Assembly (NCBI GenBank): GCA_046563655.1
Contig: CM102290.1
Span: 7,502,001-7,566,000, forward strand
Origin: Yuukianura sp. NJ FZ-2021
Taxonomy: Eukaryota
Direction: 5' to 3'
Length of the DNA: 64,000 bases
Part shown: piece by piece, positions 39,101 through 49,808 of the stretch
Layout of the letters: each line of letters starts with the position of its first letter
Position numbering within the stretch: the stretch's first letter is position 1
Program-made: the position numbers and the translations under genes
Notes under the pieces: model-generated
Seen by the model: only the letters and a program-made list of their open reading frames with translations
What the model was told of the DNA's origin: nothing
Database searches by the model: none

Positions 39101-42100
39101 TGGATCTGCAAGAGTTTAAGACTAACGAAGCGTCTCTTGTGTTACAACTTTTCAATAGATGGCGTCACACGTAGCATCAATACGATAGGTTGCATATTTC
39201 ATGCAAACTTATTCTGTGTTACCAAAAAAAATACACCTACTCCAGTATTAGTTTTTCGAATATGTCTGTTCAACACAATTCTAAAATTTCGAATTTTAAA
39301 AAAAGAAAAGACTGTAAAATTTTACCACTAAGTTGCGCAATACGAGCTCGGTTAGTAAGGTGCAGCTTCTTAAATATTGTTTTTTTTTTAAATAAAATTT
39401 GGGATTTATCTACGCGGGGCATTTACCTAAACAAATTGTCACTCAAAGTTAAAATTAAAAGTTGGCGGTGTCTATTATCAGTGTGAATCGCTACGCTAAT
39501 TTCCGGGTTAACTATTGCCGAGTGATTTGTTAGTAAATAGAATTTATTAACGTTAATTTGCCAATTGTGAATCATGACCCAAGAATCCCATGCTATGTGC
39601 ACCCAGGAAATGTTGGAAGGGAATTGCTCCACTTTGATCTTGATGAATGAGCTAAGAGGTTCTCTGACTCTTCCATTTAAGTGGCCGATTATTATCAGAA
39701 GGTGTAGTCTAAATCCTTTCCGCAATTCAATCCACTTCCGGACATACTTCTTCCGATCCAACTGTATAAACAGATCATGGTTGTCAAAGCGTCTAATTAT
39801 TCCAGAATCAGGTATATCCCTTGACAAAGTCACTCCACCCTTCTTCAATCAACTATAGACCATTCATACATCTACAACATCGGAAACCTCCGTAGATTTT
39901 TAGATCCAATTTTGTTAGACTTGACCGTGGCCTCGATCAGTTAAGAAATTTACGACACTTCAAGGTACTCCTCCAATTTGATTCAATTTCCACAACTCCT
40001 TGATTGGATTTTCCAAGAAATTTTGTCCAAATTTTTGAAAATCGTTTTGCGATTTTCTTTGAAAAGTTTTTTAAATTGAAATTCTTTGTAAAGTGTGATG
40101 TATTGTATCTTATGCAGGCTTGTAGAAAAAGTATATCATTTGACTTTGAAAATGAGTAACCTTGAACTTATACAAATTCCAAGGACTTGTCCACTTCCAT
40201 TTCTATAATTGAAGTAAATTTTAAAAAAATCATTAATTTTAAATCCATTAGTTACTTTGTAGTTACTTCGTCGGTCAAGGTTAAGCATGTTGTAGTAGAG
40301 CAATTACAATTTCAAGTTTGTAAACTTTTAAGTTTTTACTAAAGAATTGTAATTTATTGCACTTAACGGAATCCTGGCGTTCTTATATTTCTTTTAAATT
40401 CGGATTTAGAATAGTTATTAAAGACTTTGGAATCCAAAGTCCAAAGCAACCTGGAAATTCAAGTAGCAACATTTGGTAGCCATCTGAAAATGTTCCACAT
40501 AATTCAACAACTTGAAACCAATTTGGATTGTAAATGCTTGCATGGACCTCCTCTGGTCATTGCCCTCAATTCTTAATACAAAAACCGGCTGTGTATCCGC
40601 TTTGTTCCAAGAATCTTCATTAAAATAAAATAAAAACAGTAAAAAATACACTTAAAAAAATTCTTAGGAATGAGTCGTTAAGTTTATTTTAAGAAATGAA
40701 AACAAAGGCAACATTTGCGTTGCAAAAATAGATTGGCCTTTGTTGTTTTCGAAACTAAATCGTTGGAAGCGTTATTTTCATGTTTAAATTTGTTGCAGGT
40801 CCTAACATACTATGCGACGGTTCATGCATGTTTAAAGTTAAGATTTTGACTAATTTTCTGAGCCGGAGTTCCTTGTTTCGTGTTCGCGCCTCCAGACCAC
40901 AACAACGTCTGTTGTGGGAGGTGTTGATGAATAAAGTGTAATTAAAACCTGTCACTTCAGCATAACATTCCATTTTTCAGTGTTACTCATGACACTACGA
41001 ATACATGACCGATGAGTGGATCTGCGTAATGGATATGAATTATGAAATGACTAAACCACAGTGACGCGTGTAAAACTGGACGACGTGACGACGAACAACG
41101 ATATCAAACCGGTTTCCAGTTTATGCTGCCTGATTTACTTCTTTCTTTTCTATTGTTACATTATAAGTAATTAAATGTACTTTTTATGCATATTGACGTT
41201 TTAGCCTGTTTTGGGTAGTTGGCGTCAAAATCTAATAGGATTTTCCTTACCAATTGAAAAGAAAAAATTCTCACGTCACGTTTCGTTTTTAGTTCAAAAT
41301 AACATTTAATTTGAAAATGTTCCGAAAAGAAGCCTTTAAAGTTTAAAAACAAGTTTTGTAACAATGAAAAAAGTTATGAACGGGTTGGAAACTGCGCCTT
41401 TGAACGGCGTTTGAAAACACACTTTAAATATGAAACCGAAATACTGAAAAGTGTTCTGCGTGTATTGCATGTTTGTTAGTTCGAATGACGTCTGTTGAAC
41501 TTATGACATTGATAACATACATTGAAAGTTATACTGAAGTGGCGGCAATTGGTTTCTAAAAAACGCATATTTTTTTGAATCTGCATGGAATTTTATATGC
41601 AATTTGCTGTTTTAATACGCCGATAACTTTTTTTTCGTTAAAGATAATTAGTGGATGGGTCCAAGTTCGACTAGTTAAGTGGACAAAGCATCCGACGAAA
41701 GTTTGAATCTTGAACTAAATTTCAAAAAATGTTTTAGAATTTATTACTGTTAGACAATTTTTAAAAATTTTAGCTGTTGAATATACTAGTAACTATGCCC
41801 TGTAAAAGCAGATTGTTGTTCATTTTTTTAGTATCTTATCGACTGAGGTTAAATTTAATTGTGGTTTGTTTGTTGTTTTTGATAAAGTACATTCCATGAA
41901 CGTTGTGTGGTGGGTGACACAGTTCACGTAGGTCCTCACACACTGTTGTTTCGTCCAAGATTTTAGTTTAGCACTTTAGACAGACTACTCAACGTGTCAT
42001 CGTGGATGTGGTCTCTGTTCATATAAACGGTATGACAACAGGCTTACAAAGTTCAGAATCCAAATTGGCCCGCGTCTGTTTAGTGCTCATTTCAATTCAT

Positions 42101-42462
42101 AGTTTGAGTCAAGGTCGTCTAAATGCCGTAAGGTTGAGGTCGTGCCTACGCGTTTAGGTTGACGTTGAAACAGTTTTTGTACTCTTTTGTCGTCCATATC
42201 CGATTGGAAGTTGCGAAAAATTTGCAGTTGTCAATGTAACCACTGCTCCCATCCCAAAAGCCCACTGCTGTGTGCCTCTCTGCAATTCAAAAGAAGAGCA
42301 CAATAGCCAATTGCCTATCATTCAGCAACTTAAACTCAGGCAACGAGCATCACATTCATCTTTATAAGTCCAGTTAATACTCCCTTTGTGTATCTAATTT
42401 TCAATAATACAGTTTTCACAAATTTCATAACTTTCCAAACTTGGTTTATTCACTTGTTCAAA

Positions 42463-45400
42463 ATGGACACAGTTGTTCTAAGTCCTCATCAACGGTTTGA
42501 CATTCGCAAAAGTTTTCTAAAATCTCTCGTTGAAATTGAGGGAAATGAAAATACTGGAAAAAATCAAGCTGAAGATGGACATCCGTCCAAGCCACCACGC
42601 CAACTTCTTCAATATCTCGTTCGGTACGTTAGACAATTTTGGAATCCATTGTCACTTTCAAACTGTGTTTTAAATTTTCAAAATGCTCATGCTCCGTGCC
42701 GAAACATTTTCGTCTCTCGTTTTTGCTTTTTTTTTTTGAAAACTCCACTTGTCGCACGGTGTTAACTTCAAAAGTCAATTCAAAAAATAAGGTTAATTTA
42801 GTACGAAAATTGAAGGTGTTCGTAAAATATGAATTTTGTTTATTCGTCCACTTGAGACTATCGGGCATTGATTTGTCACTGATACTACGTGATGATGCAA
42901 TGACGTTTTAGAGTTGCTTTCAAATTGATCATCAATTTAGTTCAGGTTTTTGTGTCAAACTATTATTGTGTAAGATTTGGTAACAATTTCGCCAGACATA
43001 GCAGACTCCTTTTCCAGAACTTTTGGAGATTTCAATTTCAATTGTGTTAATGACTTGCCGCACAGCTCGTTCCTATAATTTAAACATTTACTGAATGAGA
43101 CATTTACAGTAAATGAGATTCAGCAGCGAAGTTTTTGTGATCTCCGTTTTCCCCTCTTATTTTGCAATAACTTTTTTGAATTGCAAATTCACCGCATCCG
43201 CACCAAAGTTTGTGCAAAAAGGAGATTCAAACTCGTGAAGAATATTGCAAACGACAGATATCATATTTACTGCTGAGTTTTGTTCAGCCAACATATAAAA
43301 ATAAGGCTCGGTGTCAAAAAGAAGAAAAAAATAGATCAAGTGATCCATGTAATCGGGAAAGGCATGATGACCTTATGACTTTAAATACTTTGACTGACGA
43401 CATACCTCATGACTGACGAAACTGACTGTACTACGCAAGACTATGCTGTTTAAAACGATAAAATTGAAAATTCAATTGATTTGGTTAAAAAGATAATTTT
43501 GACTTACAATTAGGGAAATACTGAGAAATTCCCCCTCTGGGGTAAGATCTCTTCCAAGATGATGCTCGTCATTCGGTCTGGTCCTGGAAAGCGATTTACA
43601 GAACCACTTAAAAATATCCTCAAAATCAGCAGGTATTATTTAAATGCATCTAGTGCAAAAAGAGTTGCAAAAACTATGTCGACAAAATTCCTTTGAGGAG
43701 ACAAAAGTGTCTAGCGACGCATGAGCAAAAAAAAAAAACTTCTTTTTCGAAACCAATATTTGTTTGATCGAAACATCCAAATAATTCTTAGAACTTTTTT
43801 CTAATTTCCAAGTTTTTAGAATATGTTTTTCAAACATTTTTGGATTTCTTTTTAACTAGGATGGGAAGTTTTACTTCGGTTCCAGCTCTACGAGAAGACA
43901 GTCAAGACGTTGATTTTGAAGTTCCACAGCATTGTACACGAGATTCCCTGATTCATCGTTGTCGTTCTGAACTTCCAATGAGTGCACAGCCGATTGCACG
44001 CAATTTTGTAACCGTGAATAACAACAAATCGCTAAACTCTTCCCATCGACTTTCGAATGCTGCTTGGAATGGAATCAAAGATGAAGATGAGCCAAATCAA
44101 AATTTGGCAACGTCTGGGCTTGCCCGACTTTCATTTTTGTCTGAAGGTAAGTTCAAAATTTTTAGAAACTTTTTTAAATTTTCATAAAACTAAATTTTAA
44201 TTTTGTTCTGTAGGGTTTGGTTCTCCCAATGAAACGGAAGAAACGGAAGGTCGTTTCCGCATTCTCACGTGGAACATACTTGCCCAAGGTACATTTTTGC
44301 AATTCTAAAGAAAAGCTAGTTAGCGGAAGCAAAAATTAGCAAAAATCTGGCAACTAAGCCGAAAAAACTATGAATCGCGATAGCTTTTTCTTTTGGGAAT
44401 CATTTTTGTTTTTGTTCATCTTCATATGTAAATCTCTTGTTTTCAGAAAAAGTTAGATTAGGTTGGAAATTTGATTATGTTAGCAAGTACTTCATAAATA
44501 CTAACCAATAATGGACTAATTCTCACTCGTAATATTTGTTTTTGTTTTTTTTAGCCTTGGCTGTGAGTCATGACAATTTTGTTGGACTCCCAGCAGGAAC
44601 TTTGGACTGGAATCTTCGTCGGCTTCACATCCTACATGAAATTATTGCCTACGACCCTGATGTCATTTGTCTCCAGGTAGGGTTAGCACGTTAAGAACAT
44701 TTCCTTTAAAGTTTTGCGGTTAAAATTGGACTAAAAAAACTATTTGTATTTGTTGTCAACAGGAAGTGGACCATTTCAACTTCCTTCGAAGCTCTCTAAA
44801 ACCATTAGGCTACACTGGCGTATTTTGTTCCAAACCTGACTCACCATGCATCTACTTGGAGCAAAACAATGGACCAGACGGATGCGCCCTCTTCTTCCGT
44901 CATGAAAAGTTTGATCTGATCTCTGCCACAAGTCGAATTATTGAAATTTGGAAAATCAAATCCAATCAGGTAAATATTTTTTGGATATTTTGCCTATTTT
45001 TTTCTCATTTCCTGATGGCTTGTTTTGTTTTCCTTCAGGTTTGTATCTTGGCCAACTTGAGACTCCGTGAAACTGGTCAGCAAGTGTCTATTGCGACGAC
45101 GCACCTCAAAGCACGTCACGGTGGCCTCCTGGCTACAATGCGGAATGAGCAGGGAAAAGATCTTGTCAATTTCTTTACATCTTGCGGAACCACCTCTAAA
45201 CCGTTTATTCTTTGCGGAGATTTTAATGCAGTTCCTACAGAACCTGTTGTGACCACACTGAAAAAAAGGTGCGAACCAAACACTATTTAAAAAACTAGCT
45301 TAGCATATTTTGAAATTCAAAATTTTTGCGTGACCATAAAAAAATTAAATACGTTTCTACAGGTTATCGGTCAAAAGTGCTTACTCCAGTTTATACAACG

Positions 45401-45702
45401 GTGACGAACCACCATTTACAACTTGGAAGGTTCGCGGCGACGGCGAGTACTGCCACACACTCGATTACATATTTCACAACAAGTAATTTTTTAAGTTGAA
45501 TAATTATGCAATTTCACTAACTTTTCCTAAAATTAAAACGTTTTTTTAATTTCAATTTTTTTTCAATTTTGAAAGGTTTTTTGCAGTGGAAAAAGTCCTT
45601 AGTCTCCCTACAGCCGATCAAGTTGGTCCCACTCGCCTTCCAAATCCGAGCTACGCCAGTGACCACATCTCAATTGCATGTGACGTTCGACTTACTTCGT
45701 AG
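42463..45702 (+). CDS. nocturnin: Nocturnin (curled), EEP-family NADP(H) phosphatase / CCR4-like, ~442 aa
   Basis: Exons 42463-42623, 43860-44146, 44214-44288, 44555-44676, 44763-44969, 45039-45268, 45363-45482, 45576-45702 are phase-consistent. Motifs PPRQLLQYLVR/MGSF, WNILAQ, PDVICLQEVDHF, KPDSPC..NNGPDGCA, TTHLKA, GDFNA, TTWKVR, TLDYIF, SDH. Confidence 0.95.
43559..43632 (+). CDS. nocturnin: Candidate alternative first coding exon of nocturnin (MMLVIRSGPGKRFTEPLKNILKISR)
   Basis: AG|GTATTA donor in phase 2 matches the acceptor at 43860; TAG acceptor ends at 43513; basic peptide with a single acidic residue. Confidence 0.5.
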
Positions 45703-47298
45703 AGAGACAGACAGAAGCTTCTGGTGACCACTTCAGATGGAATTTCTTCAAGAGGTCATCTCATCAATCACTTTCACAACCAGAAGGAAATTCCAATGGA
45801 AAGAAGCCTTAAAACCCACGAACACTTTTCAGTTTCAATTTTTAGAAAAAGCGAAGCGACGCTTCACCCGAACCTGCCTTTCCCTCTCTCTTTATCTCTT
45901 TTTTACTTATTAGTAATTTTAAATTACTTTCTATTTAATTTTTCCGCATAAAAGTTTTTGTGTAGCAACAAAAACTATTTTCCTGTAGGTTTTCCATTTG
46001 TTTCAATACCATTTTAGTTGTCCATTGAATCCGTAGTCCAAATTGTTCCAAACGTTTAGTTAAATCCTAAGTCCTCTTTGTGATACCCGAATAGACTACT
46101 TTCGCAGAAAAACTAGCTTGATTTTCTTTTTTTTTCAAGGTAACAGCTAACTTATATTAAAAAAACGGCAGTTCTTAACTCCGAGACTTGTAAAATTGTG
46201 TTTTAGGAAAATTCAAAACTTAAAAAAATGTAGTGACATCATATCATAGTGTAGATTTTTTGGAGGAAAGGTGTTCCTCAACCTGGTAGTACCGTCAATT
46301 CTAAACTAGATGTTTTGTAACTCCAGTTTCATTTTAAATAAAAATACTTTACAAAACTTAAGCGCTTGGCATGTATACAGTTGTACATGAGAATTGAATT
46401 AAATAAAACCGGACGCCTTCAAAACCAATTTGGGGAAATACATTTTATTTTATTAATCTAATTTGTTTAGCAAAAGCATTCATCATTTGACAAGAGTTAG
46501 TAACGGACCTTTTTGAAAATAATAATTAAGCATGTTAATTGTAGCACTTTATAAGTGCTTACTTAAATGTTCAATTAAAAGTTAAGGGAGGTTGGCTTTA
46601 GTCTTAGTCAAGACAGACGATCTTAATTTTAAGGTGACGAGGACTTAAAAGCACCTTATGCACAGGACTTCAAACGCAACTTTTTCAATTCAACAAACAT
46701 TTCCCAAAAATTTAATATGCTAATTCTAAAGTATTAGGTAACAAATTGACGATTCCCAAATTCAAATTTGTAAATGATGGAGCCTAACAAATTTGACTTT
46801 CGTTGTGTTGAAAAAGCAAAAAAAAATATTAATGATTTTTTTTTGTATTTTAAAAAAAGTGTTAAAAAGTGCTTTTAAGCCCTGTTTTCAACCAATGCTT
46901 TTACTCCATCAATTTTAAGTGCCTAATGAACAGAACACCTCAAAAAGCACTTAAATAATATTGAAAAAATCTTTTTAAATTATTTTGGAACTTGGTACAT
47001 TTGAATTCACAGCTTTAACAGTAGAAAGAATCATGTTAATAAGTAATTCTTAAGAGGAAATTTTCTAGCCTTGTGCCTGGGACTATACTTCACAATTGCA
47101 TTTTCAAAAAGATATTTTAGATCCTTAAGGCTCTTAACTCTGTTAGTTTACAGCTTAAAGTGTTTTCTAAGCTTGCTTAACTTTTTAAGTGTAATTAATA
47201 ATGTTCTTCTGTCTTTCAACCAGGAAGGCTTTGATTTTCTAGTTTTAAATATTCAAAAGACATCTTGGCTTCGTTGTATTCTGATGAGATGGAATGAT

Positions 47299-47914
47299 TC
47301 AGACTTGCTTCTCCTGATCGATAACTACAAAAATGCAAAGTTCAAAATAAGTAAGTTCAAACATTTTCCAAAGATAAATTAAAAACCATATTCATACTTT
47401 CCTTCCACAAGGAAAACTATCAAAAGGCTTGTCCATCAAAGTCAGAGATGGGGTTTGACCTTGAGTGACCTTTTGAAAGTCTAACTTAGCGACGGGAAAG
47501 TATGCAGCCGACGTCAAAATTTTTATTGGAAGTGGTTGTTATACCCTCTTTGGTTGGCAAGGAATTTGATTCCTTGGTTTCCGTATGTTTCAAGTTCTTG
47601 ACATCAAAGTCCTCAACGCCTTTGAGTACTGCCTGTTGGTTCTTCTCAGCCAAAATGTCTTCTTCGCTGGGCAAAACGACCTTGACCTCTGGTTCGGTGT
47701 GCTTCAAGTTCTTGGGATCAAAGTCCTCAATTCCCAACTTGAGCACGGCCTCCTGCGTCTTCTCTTTCTTGATGTCATCCTCGTCAGGCAAAACGACCTT
47801 GACCTCGGTCTCTGTCGACTTCAGTTCAGTCGCCTTGAAGTTCTCGAGCTGATCCTTCAGGGTTTCAGAAACCTTGGGGAGGTCGCCAAGAGCTGGAGCT
47901 TGAGTATCTGCCAT
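47299..47914 (-). CDS. cib: Three-repeat beta-thymosin/WH2 actin-binding protein (ciboulot-like), ~131 aa
   Basis: Exons 47914-47545 and 47324-47299 (VIDQEKQV*). Three repeats with LKSTET, LKHTEP and LKHTET; N-terminal DLPKV. Confidence 0.93.
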
Positions 47915-49445
47915 TTTTAGTTAGTTTTCTGCAATAAAAAAAATAACAAATCATTAATACAAATATGCTCTTTTTTCGTAGAATTTCAGATTTTTGGAGA
48001 CCTAATGTCCTGCAGACGACTTGAGAAAAAGGCTTAATGAAAATTAAGTTGGTGAACTTTGATTTCCATTGAATGTCACTTTGGTGCCTCAAATTAAAAA
48101 AAAAATTTAAAGGAAACAATATCAACCGCAGTATCCGACATAACAGAACGAAGTTCCAACAGAAGCGTGGTTAGAAACCACAGGAATTAACTTCCGTTAA
48201 AAATTACACACGTTTTGTTACCAAAAGCAACTTTTTAAGAATTCCGTTCCTACTTTTCGCAATTTGTATTCATGAATTAAAACTGCGCCAATTTGTAACC
48301 GTGAAACATCAATTTTCTACAAAATGATTGCCAGGCGGAGTTGCCAATTTGCTAAGTTGTGTCTTCTGCATGCTAATAAAAATTTTCCTTGTCCTCAAAT
48401 TCTCTCTTTGATTTTGTGTTCAATTAGGCAATTCTTTCTATGAACTTATGCATTTTTCGAACAAAATTGAGAAAAGAAAAAATAAATTGTTTTTTTTTTA
48501 AATTTATTGCTCAAGATGTTCAACACCTTGTTAGCCCAAAAACTTTGATTTAATAACCCGATGTCTGAAAACATGAAAAACAACTTCACCGCTTCAAACG
48601 GCGCTGCGCCTTTTTAGGGTTAGAAAACTGATGTCAATTTTAAGCAAATTTCGAAATTACGGTGTGTGTTTCAAAAAGACTCTTGGCATCAAGTTACAAT
48701 ATGATTAGTGTTTTTGGTGTTTCTGTCGGCAAAAGTATTCAAGACCAACCGACCAGCATGAAATCCCAAAATTTGCGATGAAATAGTCGAAACTGATTTT
48801 ACGTCGCTGATGTTATGCAACACTTGCGTCATTTTGAAGCTAATTTGAACAAAAATACAACGAAATAGTAAAAATTTGACCAATTTTATATTTCATACTA
48901 AAGTTGAATGGGATAATAGTCGTGCACTAATCTTGATTCATTGTTGCTTGACAGACTTGAAATGGGGTTTAAATTACTTTAAGGTTGCAGTAATACCAAC
49001 GCCCCTCTTGCGGAAAGATTTAATTACTTGGCAGCAGATAGATTTTGATCCTAATCAAATTCATTTCACTGAACTTGGAAATAATGAACATAAAGAGGAG
49101 GGTTTAGAAGATGGGGGCGGTTGGTTTTGCAATGTGTAGATTTCAAATAAATCCGGTCGTAACCCGGAGTATACGAAAGTAGCGAAGCACTTGACCTTTG
49201 ACCCGGAAGGAGTTATTCCGGGATGATATTCAATAGTGAACATCACCGGGTCACTAGGTGTCCCCCGGTGAAAGCAGATCCCGGAAATGTTAAACCGTTT
49301 CCGAGATAATTGCCGCCTACGGCCCGCCAGACAGACAGACAGTGTGGCGTTTGGGAACAGTCCCACTCCCAACCGCCAAGGATAGAGGTGTAGGAATTGG
49401 ACAGTGCCTTTGATGGTAGCCTTCCTACTCTATCCTGTGCAAGTT

Positions 49446-49520
49446 GTGGCCTGGTAGCATAAGGGCAGTGCAGTCTCCCCGGATTGGAGAAAGACGTGGG
49501 TTCGAATCCCACTCGGTCAC
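49446..49520 (+). ncRNA. tRNA-like Pol III cassette in the 5' LTR (not a canonical tRNA)
   Basis: Acceptor-like stem GTGGCC/GGTCAC, D-arm/A-box-like TAGCATAAGGGCAGTGC, stem TCTCC/GGAGA with 7-nt loop CCGGATT, T-arm GTGGG-TTCGAAT-CCCAC (B box 49499-49509), T6 at 49524-49529. Confidence 0.8.
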
Positions 49521-49733
49521 TTATTTTTTCTGCACTATCATCCTTTGTCTCTCAAGCTATGTGAGCCCTGAATCTCACATTTGGTGCCCCGAGGCAGGCG
49601 GCGCCGTGAGGGAGCTTGAGGGGCGGGTGATGTGGCGTTTGGGAACAGTCCCACTCCCAACCGCCAAGGATAGAGGTGTAGGAATTGGACAGTGCCTTTG
49701 ATGGTAGCCTTCCTACTCTATCCTGTGCAAGTT

Positions 49734-49808
49734 GTGGCCTGGTAGCATAAGGGCAGTGCAGTCTCCCCGGATTGGAGAAAGACGTGGGTTCGAATCCCAC
49801 TCGGTCAC
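49734..49808 (+). ncRNA. tRNA-like Pol III cassette in the 3' LTR (second copy)
   Basis: Same sequence as 49446-49520, shifted by 288 bp. Confidence 0.8.

Noticed and set aside
39423..39858. Overlapping opposite-strand ORFs of 141 and 94 aa
   Set aside because: No recognisable motif or splice context.
49446..49808. Two genuine tRNA-Ser(GGA) genes, or a CRISPR-like repeat
   Set aside because: The loop lacks U33, there is no long variable arm, and both copies lie inside LTRs; two 237-bp repeats in eukaryotic DNA are not CRISPR. The overlapping ORFs at 49243-49800 are incidental.
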